From NCBI GenBank assembly GCA_965263355.1, contig CBDHHL010000056.1, positions 1,792,001-1,856,000 on the forward strand: 64,000 nucleotides of DNA, read 5' to 3'. Below are positions 1 to 10,593 of the stretch, piece by piece. Made by a program: the position numbers and the translations under genes. The DNA is from Leptolyngbyaceae cyanobacterium (GTDB lineage Bacteria; Cyanobacteriota; Cyanobacteriia; Phormidesmidales; Phormidesmidaceae). Below the pieces are notes generated by a model that worked only from the letters and a program-made list of their open reading frames with translations, was not told where the DNA came from and did no database searches. Positions within the stretch are counted from its first letter, which is position 1, and each line of letters opens with the position of its first letter.

Positions 1-465
1 AGCCGTTCTCGCCAGGAGCTATGGCATAAGGGTGCCACCTCAGGGCACCGGCAAAAGCTCAAAGCCATTCGTTACGACTGCGACAGTGATGCCCTGCTGC
101 TGACCATTGAGCAAGTGGGTGATATTGCCTGTCATACAGGGGAACGTAGCTGTTTTCATCAGGTAGATGGGGAGATTCAACCACCGGCAGCAGATACCTT
201 GTCTCAGGTGTATAGGGTAATTTGCGATCGCAAAGCCAACCCCAAACCTGACTCTTATACCAATAAATTGTTTGCAGGCGGTGACAATAAAATTCTCAAA
301 AAAATTGGTGAAGAATCTGCCGAAGTGGTGATGGCCTGCAAAGATGATGTCCCTGATGATATCGCTGGGGAAGTAGCCGATTTGTTGTATCACACCTTAG
401 TTGCCCTGGCGCACCACAACGTGGATATTAAAGACGTTTATCGAAAATTACAATCGCGTCGTTAA
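1..465 (+). CDS. hisIE: Bifunctional phosphoribosyl-AMP cyclohydrolase / phosphoribosyl-ATP pyrophosphatase (5' partial)
   Basis: Frame 1 from base 1 reads [34 protein letters not shown] (HisI) then [24 protein letters not shown] (HisE); starts before the window. Confidence 0.96.
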   Translation, partial: SRSRQELWHKGATSGHRQKLKAIRYDCDSDALLLTIEQVGDIACHTGERSCFHQVDGEIQPPAADTLSQVYRVICDRKANPKPDSYTNKLFAGGDNKILKKIGEESAEVVMACKDDVPDDIAGEVADLLYHTLVALAHHNVDIKDVYRKLQSRR

Positions 466-470
466 TCCCG

Positions 471-507
471 TTCCTGTAGGGGCATGCATGCAATGCCCCT
501 ACAGGAA
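471..507. repeat. REP-like perfect palindrome with GTAGGGGC...GCCCCTAC core; probably also a terminator
   Basis: TTCCTGTAGGGGCAT-gcatgca-ATGCCCCTACAGGAA, 15 bp perfect stem just after the hisIE stop. Confidence 0.8.
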
Positions 508-553
508 ACACAAACCCATGGCAAAATATCAGTACAAATGCCCTATTTTGCCC

Positions 554-1735
554 ATGGCCATTAAACCGTCTCAAATTCAGGCAATTCTGCAAAACAAACG
601 CACCCATTTCGAGACCTTTGAAAAAGGGCAACAATCTAGCCTGGACATGTACCAAATGGCCTGGGAAGGTCTGTGTCAGACATCTACAGAGAAATTAGAT
701 ACTTGGCTGACACATCAGCATGGCACCATTGGTGCGCGGCCCTTAGAAGCGCTAAGTCCCGACAATCAAGGAATTTGTCGTAGCGGCTTACAGTGGAACA
801 ATCGTGAGCACAGTCTGCAATGGGTTAATGAGCAACTCAGCGGTGTGACCACATTTGCCGTAGATGGCTCCCAGATTTTTCCCAGCAAAGATCTGTCTCC
901 TCCCATCGCTCTAGTACAAATTGGTTGGTTTGAAAATCCTCATACATCAACCGCTGAGTACATCAAGGATATTGAGTTAGATGTCATGACTCCAAAGGAT
1001 TTAGAACTGGGGAGTACATCAAAACCGCTAGATCGGTTAGTCAATAAGCATCGGTTTAGGATGGAAATCCGACGGCTGGTGGAGTATATAGAACAGGTTA
1101 GCAATCCTGAACAGTGCCTGGTCTTTTTTGATGGCGCTTTGGTAGCCACATTTGCGGACGCCTATGAAGACGAAGATCGAAAAGACTACGTTGATGCGCT
1201 GATTAACTTACTACAGGCAAGTGAAGAGCATCGTGTACCTTTAGTTGGTTTTGTGGATACCAGTTCTGCCCATGATTTGACGACATTGCTAGAGCATCAT
1301 TCGGCTAGCGTTGCGACCATGCCTAAGGTTACCGATGCGCAACTATTGAATCGGTACATGCAATGGGGTGATTGCACCGCAATTTTCCAGTGCGATCGCA
1401 CTGGAATTCTCGCCGAGTACAAAAATCGCGAGAAAGACTATTCTGACCGCATCATATTTACCTACCTAAAAACCAATCAGGGCTATCCAACCCGTATTGA
1501 AATGCCCCGATGGATACATGAAGCTGGCATTACAAACCTTGTCCTCAACTGGGTTAGAGCCGAGATTATTGTTGGCGGGGGGTATCCCTACGCCATCGAA
1601 ACTGCCGATCAAACAGCTGTATTGCAAGCCAACGACCGCCAAATTTTCTTTCGTATTCTCCAAGACTGGGCTAGCCAAGAAGACCTACAGCTACGCTGGT
1701 CTCGCAAAATGATAAGCAAACTACGACGCCGCTAA
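554..1735 (+). CDS. nurA: NurA-family DNA double-strand break repair nuclease
   Basis: FAVDGSQI, FFDGAL, PTRIEMP and GGGYPYAIETADQTAV motifs; start placed at ATG 554 (MAIKPSQ). Confidence 0.85.
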   Translation: MAIKPSQIQAILQNKRTHFETFEKGQQSSLDMYQMAWEGLCQTSTEKLDTWLTHQHGTIGARPLEALSPDNQGICRSGLQWNNREHSLQWVNEQLSGVTTFAVDGSQIFPSKDLSPPIALVQIGWFENPHTSTAEYIKDIELDVMTPKDLELGSTSKPLDRLVNKHRFRMEIRRLVEYIEQVSNPEQCLVFFDGALVATFADAYEDEDRKDYVDALINLLQASEEHRVPLVGFVDTSSAHDLTTLLEHHSASVATMPKVTDAQLLNRYMQWGDCTAIFQCDRTGILAEYKNREKDYSDRIIFTYLKTNQGYPTRIEMPRWIHEAGITNLVLNWVRAEIIVGGGYPYAIETADQTAVLQANDRQIFFRILQDWASQEDLQLRWSRKMISKLRRR

Positions 1736-2097
1736 AGGTAACAGGATATTACGGATTCTCAGATTAAGTCCTCTATTCTCTCAGATACTCTCACTACATT
1801 TTTAGTCGTAGGGAAACTAAGTATTTTTACTCAAGCTCAACAGACTAATACTTTGCCCTGTAGTTGCCAGACATGAACTTATCCATAGAGTGACTCTATG
1901 GATAATTAGAAAAGCATTGATTTTTGTTTTTTTTAATTGAGTTTCAGTAAGTTTTTTTCTGGCAGGTTCCTCCATATTTTTAGGATTAGTATCTGAAGGG
2001 GACGAGAACTCCCTATATAACTGCACTTTGGGTGGTCTCCACGGCTACCCTGCAGTTTTTCCCTGGTACCGCCCTAGCAAAAAAGGATCTGATTTCG

Positions 2098-2838
2098 ATG
2101 AATTTGCCTTTATTAAGCTATCCTAGCAGTTGCCAAAACCAGCGCGTGAGCGGGTTTGAGGTTCCTGGAGATGAACAACCTCGTATCTTTTCCACGGCAC
2201 TACTCCCCGATGCCCAGGAAGTTGAAATGCTTATTTTGGTTGCCTATCGCCGCATTTTTAATGAGCAGCAACTGTTATCATGTCATCGCGATCGCCCTTT
2301 AGAATCCCAGCTACGTAGCTCCCAGATATCCGTACGGGAGTTCATTCGTGGCTTATTACTCTCAGAATCGTTTAGACGCCTCAATTACGAATGCAGCAAT
2401 AACTATCGCTTTGTCGATATGTGTGTCCAACGGGTGTTGGGCCGTCAGGTTTACGATCGGCGTGAAACCTTGGCCTGGTCAATTGTTCTAGCAACTGAGG
2501 GGATCCAAGGGTTTGTCAATGCATTGCTTAACAGCGATGAGTACATGGACAACTTTGGTGAGGATACAGTGCCCTATCAACGGCGACGTATTCTTCCTCA
2601 GCAAAGTATGGGTGAACTTCCCTTTGAGCGGATGCCTCGCTATGGTGAAGACCATTTGGCAAAGCTGACAGCGTTGGGAAATGACTTCTCGGCTACTGGT
2701 GATGCCCTGCTTGGCGACGGTCTTCCTCCAGAAGGACTCCAAAAAGTTGGCGCTGTGCTCACAGTAGCAGGTGCTGTAGTCCTGACCAGTGGTGTTTTGG
2801 CTGTTATTCTATCCTGGTTTGGCTGGATCAAGATTTAA
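2098..2838 (+). CDS. cpcL: Phycobilisome rod-core linker CpcG family with hydrophobic C-terminal anchor (CpcL/CpcG2 type)
   Basis: MNLPLLSY..QNQRVSGFEVPGDEQPR, LESQLRS..ISVREFIRGL, NNYRFV..RVLGR, VPYQRRR; C-terminal TM segment VGAVLTVAGAVVLTSGVLAVILSWFGWI. Confidence 0.88.
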   Translation: MNLPLLSYPSSCQNQRVSGFEVPGDEQPRIFSTALLPDAQEVEMLILVAYRRIFNEQQLLSCHRDRPLESQLRSSQISVREFIRGLLLSESFRRLNYECSNNYRFVDMCVQRVLGRQVYDRRETLAWSIVLATEGIQGFVNALLNSDEYMDNFGEDTVPYQRRRILPQQSMGELPFERMPRYGEDHLAKLTALGNDFSATGDALLGDGLPPEGLQKVGAVLTVAGAVVLTSGVLAVILSWFGWIKI

Positions 2839-2850
2839 CTAATAACTTTA

Positions 2851-2884
2851 CTTAATGCTGGGAGCTATAGTTCTCAGCATTAAG
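2851..2884. terminator. Hairpin between convergent cpcL and ycf55-like genes
   Basis: CTTAATGCTGGGAG-ctatag-TTCTCAGCATTAAG. Confidence 0.6.
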
Positions 2885-2990
2885 AGAATTTTGGCTCAAG
2901 CTCCATTAATGGCGGTAAGAAATTTAGTTAAGTTGCATCAAGTCTTTTTCTAATAAGGTGTGGGGGTTCGGCAAATTGACAGCCATCGCA

Positions 2991-4817
2991 TTACTCCCAT
3001 TCATTAAATGTAGGGGGAGCCTGCCGCTGTCTAGCCCGACGGGTATCTTGCCAGGCACTGCCAATGCCTTGCAAAATGCCTCGCCCCACTAAGCCAATGC
3101 CTCGACCTACAACCTCGGTGAGGACATAAACTACACCACTACCTACCAAGGCAATTAACGCTCGTACCCTGGGACTCAAGGCATCGCGAGTTTCAAGCAA
3201 CAAGGTCATAGCCCAGGGTAACCCTGAGAGTTGCTCTAATTCCGCCCGACGCGGTGCATAAATGGGTGTGAGCATCAGACCTCGTGGCCCTAAAGTATAT
3301 AAACGATATTGGCTCTCAAAGATAGCCGTTGGTTCGTTGACTAACCGATTCCAGCGATAGCGCCAGGAAAGGTCATTGCGAAACCGTTCAATATCCCGAG
3401 TGGAAATAATTCGACGACTGTACAAACCCTTTTTGATCACTTCTACGTCTGCTAAGCGGTTTAACAAGGGTTGCATCACTGCATTCCCCATCTGAATCAA
3501 TAGGTTTTCTAGCAATTTTTCACTATGGGTTAGGGCCTCAGGTGCTGTGGCAATATAACTGTTCCCACCAACTACCAGGGCATCTTGAAATAACCAATGG
3601 GCCAGTAATTCTGGTACCAGGGGAATGTGTTGAAGGATTTCCTGCTCAACGGTTTCTTTTTCTTGGTACAACACGGCCACGAGTTCTTGCTCCACACCAT
3701 TCAATGGCACGGTGTAATAACGACCAAAGAACTCTTCTATGGTCGCCACCCAAAGATCACGCAAAATCTGGGGGTATTTGTTATTTAGCTGCCCTGGCTG
3801 GAGGGCAGACTGGCGCAGATCGTCCAACAAATCTTCAAAGCGACGAAGAATGATAAAAAGGAGTTCCCGCTTTTTATCGAGACGCAGGATGTCAATTTCT
3901 AGCGGTTCTGATGTGGTGTTCTCTAAGGCAGTTTGAAGCTTGGCAAAAACGGCTTCGAACACCATATTTTGAACATCACCGCTGCGCAAACTAAGCATAT
4001 TGGGCTCGGGTATGGTGATGGCAGCAGCAGCACCGACAGATCTAGGACGAACCGACAATCCGGGGGCAGTACTAGCAGGCTTAGAGCGCCTGCTATTTTT
4101 TTTCACCCAGCTAACATCTGAATAGTTACGAGTAGCCCATAGCTGCTGTGTTAACCAACGAGCCGCTTTGAGTTCACGCATTTTGCCGGTTAAAACTTGT
4201 TGTTCAAGCCATGGTAACTGGGAACGGCGTAGCTCAGCCGCTGTTTTGGCTAGCTGCTGCTCAATTTGTCCTACCCCCGACAAGCGCATGCTTAGACGCA
4301 TCGCCGTTAGCGGTCCAGGAATCCGAGGTGATGATTTTTGACCGCGTTCAAGGGGCTTGCTTGTGCTTCGGGCGACTGTGCGAATTAACTGAGCGAGTTC
4401 TCGCACTGGCATACTGCGAGTACCATAGCCATCGGCTCCAACCTGACGGGCTGCAGCTTCTAAAACGGGCTCATCGCGAGCACTCAGCACCAAGACAGAT
4501 AACTTAGGGAACTCGGTTTTAATCGATTTACAAAGCTGTAATCCTGAACTACTGATGGGATTACTACTGGCATCGTTAGCGCCTAACCCCAAATCAACAA
4601 TCACCAGATTAATAGGACGCTGTCCACGCAGGGTCGGATCAGTAAAGGCACCTGATTGGGCGCGATCGCACTTCCTTAAAATCCCCATCGCATCAGCCGC
4701 ATTGGCCGCCTCAGCCGCAATTTGAAACCCTGGCAATTGTTCTAACCATACCCGCAACCCTAACCGAAAAGTGGGGTCTTCATCCACCAACATCAATTGC
4801 AAGGGAGGTTCACTCAT
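2991..4817 (-). CDS. ycf55: Ycf55-like protein: receiver-like domain plus DUF3685
   Basis: N-terminal LMLVDEDPTFRLGL receiver fold; PLEIDILR..KKRELL, STRDIERFRNDLSWRY, LLETRDALSPR, IGRG/GRGIL C-terminal motifs. Confidence 0.8.
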   Translation of the reverse strand: MSEPPLQLMLVDEDPTFRLGLRVWLEQLPGFQIAAEAANAADAMGILRKCDRAQSGAFTDPTLRGQRPINLVIVDLGLGANDASSNPISSSGLQLCKSIKTEFPKLSVLVLSARDEPVLEAAARQVGADGYGTRSMPVRELAQLIRTVARSTSKPLERGQKSSPRIPGPLTAMRLSMRLSGVGQIEQQLAKTAAELRRSQLPWLEQQVLTGKMRELKAARWLTQQLWATRNYSDVSWVKKNSRRSKPASTAPGLSVRPRSVGAAAAITIPEPNMLSLRSGDVQNMVFEAVFAKLQTALENTTSEPLEIDILRLDKKRELLFIILRRFEDLLDDLRQSALQPGQLNNKYPQILRDLWVATIEEFFGRYYTVPLNGVEQELVAVLYQEKETVEQEILQHIPLVPELLAHWLFQDALVVGGNSYIATAPEALTHSEKLLENLLIQMGNAVMQPLLNRLADVEVIKKGLYSRRIISTRDIERFRNDLSWRYRWNRLVNEPTAIFESQYRLYTLGPRGLMLTPIYAPRRAELEQLSGLPWAMTLLLETRDALSPRVRALIALVGSGVVYVLTEVVGRGIGLVGRGILQGIGSAWQDTRRARQRQAPPTFNEWE

Positions 4818-4902
4818 GCCGCCTGATTCCATGACACCGTTCTAGTATCTCCCACTACCTAACTTTTGCGGTGTTGGCAACTGACCGGAAAACTAACTTG
4901 AG

Positions 4903-6762
4903 CTAGTCATGATCGTGATGGTGGTCGTCATAATCGTCTTCGTAGTCGTCCTCGTAGTCGTCTTCGTAGTAATCGTCCTCCGCTGGTGCTTGCAACGATT
5001 CGATATAGGCTCGCTCAGCATCCCAAATCGCGATGGAATTACGGGCTTCTTGGTAAAGAGCCCGACCAGGGGCAATGCGGGCAGCTACTGCGATCGCATC
5101 TGATAGACGTCCCTGGTACGCCAATTCCTCAGCTTCGTTCAAAATTGGTCGATCTTCTGCTACCTGAATGCGAGTAGTCCACTCCTTGATTGAATTTTGC
5201 GCCTGACTATACAGTGCTCGTCCCTGTTGAATTTTTCGAGCTTCCGTAATCGCATTTTGCAGCTTGCCCTTACTCGCTAAATCCAGAGCCTTACTGTAAA
5301 GAGGTTGATCCTCCAAAACCTGGATTTGCTTGGTCCACTGCGCAATCTTTGTTTGGGCCTCTACCCGCAAAGCCCGACCCTGCTGAACTTTTCCAGCTTC
5401 TTTAATCGCTGCCTGCAAACTAGCTTTATCCCCTTTATCAGCCAACTGTTGAGCCCGCCCTAATAGCGGTCGATCTTCAATTCGCTGAATTTCTTTAGAC
5501 CAGTGGGCCATCAACGTTTGAGCCTGCTGACGCTGAGGTCGATCAGCGCCAACCACCTTTGCCTGCTCGATAGCAACCTTTAAGGCCCCCTTTTGATTGA
5601 GATGAGCCATCAGGGTCGCTCCATAAAGCTGCTGTAAATCCTCCAGCTGCTTGTTCCATAAGGCTAACGCTGTCTGAGCCTCTTGATAAAACAGGCTATC
5701 GCTATCAAGATTCTGCAATGCTTGAATCGCATCTATCAAATTAATGATGTCGCCATAGCTAGGCTCCCAGTCTTGCTGAAATCTTGCTAGCCGCTGAGCA
5801 TGGGCAAATCGAACTAAATCTTTCGTTTCTGGCTGAGTTGCTAACTCTGCTGGGACTTTTTGAATAATTTCGATCGTGCCATCTAGACCTTCTTGTTCCC
5901 ACTTTTGGAACCCATACTTCAATAGGGTATCGGCCCAGTCTGAGATTAAGGGTTTTGCCTCAGGCCAAGCATGGCTTTGCACATCAATCTGACGAATCAA
6001 GGTGAGTGCCTCTGCCAAGCTTTCTAGCTTGTTCTCACTGGCAAGTTTTTTGGCATTGATCAGATTTCGACGAGCATCTTCTTCGGTTTGAATATGTTGT
6101 CCTAGATAGCGATGCCGATCTTTCAGCCAATAGTCACTAGTTAAACGTTTAATCGCCCGTAGTTGCTTGCGAGCACCACTCCAATTTTGATTAGCAACCG
6201 CGTCTGTAACTGCAGTCGTAATCTCTTGGCCCTTGACCCACTCTTGCTGCCATCGTTCCGCAGCAACTTTGGACTCTTCATATATCTCTGCCCGTTGTGG
6301 AATATAGCCCAAAAGCTGGGTTGCTCGCCCTAAGTTCCCTGCCTGCATACGTTGTTGGGCTAGCTTAAACAGGCCTTTGGACCATCGATTGGCAACTTCC
6401 TGGGAGTCCTGATATAGGGGATGGGTGTCATCCCAAGCAGCAACTAGCTGTACCCCTGCCACTAGGTCCTGCTCAGCCCCTGATACTGCTGATTGTCTAG
6501 CACAGTAAAGTCGTTCGCTATCGGCACTAAACACTGATATGCGATCGCAGTTAGGTAAAGGAGGAAGCCGCGTAATAAAGGCAATGGCCCATACTCCCAA
6601 GGCGCTGGATGTAGCGAGTAGCAGTAACCATATTCCTGACCATAACCAGGCTTGTCGACCTTTGGATGGCCGTTTCTTAACCTTAGATAGAGCAGCCATC
6701 TCCTGCTCAGCCCCCGCAGAAGCTGGACTAAATTGTTTTGGATCAGTCGGCGTGGCAGTCAT
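4903..6762 (-). CDS. Conserved cyanobacterial membrane-anchored helical-repeat protein
   Basis: 619 aa ORF, one TM segment, LPPLPNC..SERLYCA, repeated AI..A.KI..GRALY..AQ..I..W...IQ..ED.P units, acidic/His tail. Confidence 0.75.
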   Translation of the reverse strand: MTATPTDPKQFSPASAGAEQEMAALSKVKKRPSKGRQAWLWSGIWLLLLATSSALGVWAIAFITRLPPLPNCDRISVFSADSERLYCARQSAVSGAEQDLVAGVQLVAAWDDTHPLYQDSQEVANRWSKGLFKLAQQRMQAGNLGRATQLLGYIPQRAEIYEESKVAAERWQQEWVKGQEITTAVTDAVANQNWSGARKQLRAIKRLTSDYWLKDRHRYLGQHIQTEEDARRNLINAKKLASENKLESLAEALTLIRQIDVQSHAWPEAKPLISDWADTLLKYGFQKWEQEGLDGTIEIIQKVPAELATQPETKDLVRFAHAQRLARFQQDWEPSYGDIINLIDAIQALQNLDSDSLFYQEAQTALALWNKQLEDLQQLYGATLMAHLNQKGALKVAIEQAKVVGADRPQRQQAQTLMAHWSKEIQRIEDRPLLGRAQQLADKGDKASLQAAIKEAGKVQQGRALRVEAQTKIAQWTKQIQVLEDQPLYSKALDLASKGKLQNAITEARKIQQGRALYSQAQNSIKEWTTRIQVAEDRPILNEAEELAYQGRLSDAIAVAARIAPGRALYQEARNSIAIWDAERAYIESLQAPAEDDYYEDDYEDDYEDDYDDHHHDHD

Positions 6763-7094
6763 CAGCAGCAGCGTCCCAGAAGGTTGAGGCCATTAGCGAG
6801 CAAGTCTCCCCAACAAAGTCGGAGAATGAGCAATGCGAAAACAAGAATGTCCACATTGGGCCTGACTGTTTTAACGTGAGTCGTCAGGAATGTAAATATC
6901 TCTTTTGGCGTAACTTGCTAAAACCACCCTGAAAAAATGATTGTGGATTGACCTAATTTCGAGGCTACTGTTCCACCAAAGTATTGACTGAGTTAGGACG
7001 GCGCTAGCAACCAAACCAAATTTTTGCTGTCATTGTAGAGGCAATTGACCGAATTACACAGGTTTTCGATAAAAACCTTTGCTTACCCGGATTA

Positions 7095-7162
7095 AACTTT
7101 GTCCAAGTCCAGAACGGTCATTTTCTGTAGAAGAACATATAGGTTTCAACTTGGACAAGGTT
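7095..7162 (-). mobile_element. MITE-like 68 bp element, copy A (inverted), flanked by TA
   Basis: 14 bp terminal inverted repeats AAC(C/T)TTGTCCAAGT; aligns with copies at 13832, 40622 and 44727. Confidence 0.8.
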
Positions 7163-7310
7163 TAGATAACCCTCAAAATAAGTTGGCCCGCTAAACCATG
7201 CCAGACCATTACCTGATTGATATCCTTGAAAGAGTAGCTACATCAGTCAGATATGATCCTTCAAAGAAGTTTCTGACAAATTTCTGACAAAGAAGTTACC
7301 AGGTTTCCAG

Positions 7311-7345
7311 ACCCCCTAAATCCCCAATTCTGGCGGACGTTGAGG
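7311..7345 (+). repeat. Degenerate CCCCCTAAATCCCC...GGAC-type REP-like repeat
   Basis: accccctaaatccccaattctggcggacgtt shares the CTAAATCC...GGAC frame with 49815-49858. Confidence 0.5.
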
Positions 7346-7363
7346 CTTATTTCCTCGATTTGC

Positions 7364-7663
7364 ATGATGCAGACCCAAACTCAGACCACAGCAGCCTCTG
7401 CAGTTCATTACCCTGATGCTGACGGCAAACCAATGGCTGACAATACAAAGCAGTACCGCTGGATTGTGCGGCTGGGGTCCAATTTGCGGCAGTTACTTAA
7501 GGAAGAGACTGCTTTTATTGCCCCCAGTAATGCCGCTACGGAAATTTCACAAAAGCAAGCATTTTATGACCGCTATGGTGTTATTGAAGATATCTACGCT
7601 CTGTTTCAACGCTCACAAGAAGAAGCAGATCGACGTGCTGTGAAAGCCATAGCCATGGTTTAG
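7364..7663 (+). pseudogene. Internally deleted Uma2-family (PDDEXK) endonuclease relic
   Basis: YPDADGKPMADNTKQYRWIV N-terminus and PSN..KQAFYDRYGV segment, but the central PD/V.E.LS catalytic region is missing. Confidence 0.75.
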
Positions 7664-7720
7664 CATGAAGGCAAGCAATTCTTCCCATGGTGTAACGGCT
7701 ACCTACTGGCGATACTCAAA

Positions 7721-8194
7721 ATGACGGCTGAATTTTCTCTAAAACAGGCATCGCTGTATGACGCAGATTACCAACGATGGCTGGAACAAACGGTGTTGGA
7801 TTTGCGTAATGGCAACTTCCACAACCTGGATCTAGAAAACCTGATAGAGGAGATTGAAAGCTTGGGCAAGCGTGACCAACGGGCAATTGCCAGCTACCTT
7901 AGACGTCTATGGGAACACCTGCTCAAGAGCAAATATTGGCAAACAGAACGTTTAACCAGCTTCAGGGGATGGGACTTGGAAGTTAGCAACTTTCGCCTAA
8001 ATATCAATGCTCTGCTCAAAGATAGCCCCAGCCTCAAAAATCACTTGAGTGGAAATTTTGTATCTGAGTACAAAAATGCCCGTAAATTATTTCTCAAAGC
8101 CAGTAGGCTAGACCCAACAGTAGTCCCCCAGGAACCTGAGTTTACCCTGAATAAAGTTCTAGATGAAGACTGGCTACCCTGGCTACCTGAATAG
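7721..8194 (+). CDS. DUF29 domain-containing protein
   Basis: LYDADYQRWLEQT..LDLENLIEEIESLGKRD..EHLLK..DSPSLK..FTLNKVLDEDWLP. Confidence 0.92.
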   Translation: MTAEFSLKQASLYDADYQRWLEQTVLDLRNGNFHNLDLENLIEEIESLGKRDQRAIASYLRRLWEHLLKSKYWQTERLTSFRGWDLEVSNFRLNINALLKDSPSLKNHLSGNFVSEYKNARKLFLKASRLDPTVVPQEPEFTLNKVLDEDWLPWLPE

Positions 8195-8210
8195 TTTGGC
8201 AAACAACAAT

Positions 8211-8242
8211 AAAAGGCGAACAGCCTACACTGCTCGCCTTTT
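8211..8242. terminator. Bidirectional intrinsic terminator between DUF29 and groEL
   Basis: AAAAGGCGAACAG-cctaca-CTGCTCGCCTTTT. Confidence 0.75.
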
Positions 8243-8271
8243 ATAACTAACAAGTCACAGACCCATTAGGA

Positions 8272-9906
<1,635 letters not shown>

Positions 9907-9974
9907 TCAACCTATGTTTCAGAACGTTTTAGAAGGGGGTGAAGTTACAAGAAGCGCGCTTCTTAAAATTCGTG

Positions 9975-10286
9975 CTAGCCAACGACTGCCAAGATATCCT
10001 TCTCAGACAGCAATACGTAATCGTCTCCACCTAGCTTGATATCAGTGCCTGCGTACTTGGAGTAAAGAACCTGATTGCCAACTTCAACATCAGGAGCTTG
10101 ACGGCTGCCGTCATCGCCACGCTTACCAGGACCCACAGCTGTAATTTCGCCAACCTGGGGCTTTTCCTTAGCTGTATCGGGTAGCAAAATACCGCCAGCG
10201 GTCTTTTCCTCAGATGCACTGACTTTGATAAGAACGCGATCACCTAGGGGAGTGACGCTTGAAACACTCAAAGAAATAGCTGCCAT
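9975..10286 (-). CDS. groES: Co-chaperonin GroES
   Basis: [31 protein letters not shown]; directly upstream of groEL. Confidence 0.99.
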   Translation of the reverse strand: MAAISLSVSSVTPLGDRVLIKVSASEEKTAGGILLPDTAKEKPQVGEITAVGPGKRGDDGSRQAPDVEVGNQVLYSKYAGTDIKLGGDDYVLLSEKDILAVVG

Positions 10287-10333
10287 ATATTTTCTCCAGA
10301 CATTTGACTGACCATGCTGAACCTAAACACGGT

Positions 10334-10360
10334 TTAGCACTCTCCATTGTCGAGTGCTAA
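10334..10360. promoter_or_regulatory. CIRCE element (HrcA operator)
   Basis: Exact TTAGCACTC-N9-GAGTGCTAA upstream of groES. Confidence 0.97.
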
Positions 10361-10399
10361 TTTATCGCCTGAAGTGCTGAGATCGCAACACATCTAGAA

Positions 10400-10415
10400 G
10401 TACGGGTTCCCGAAC
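10400..10415 (-). promoter_or_regulatory. K-box of the cyanobacterial groESL promoter
   Basis: Minus strand GTTCGG-GAAC-CCGTAC fits GTTCGG-NNAN-CCNNAC, upstream of CIRCE. Confidence 0.85.
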
Positions 10416-10593
10416 TCAAGCAATAACCACACTATGAGAGGAGCTTTACGATTTCAACATAGTTATCTTTATCTCTGCTTCAGGTTAGATTAAAAAATCC
10501 TCGTATTATTTATATAGTGGGTGCCATCTGTAATTCTTGATACACGTTTGCCTAGTGCATATGCTGACACATTGTCTAGCAATTGCTAACTTC

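Noticed and set aside
401..553. N-terminal extension of NurA
   Set aside because: Overlaps hisIE and crosses the palindrome
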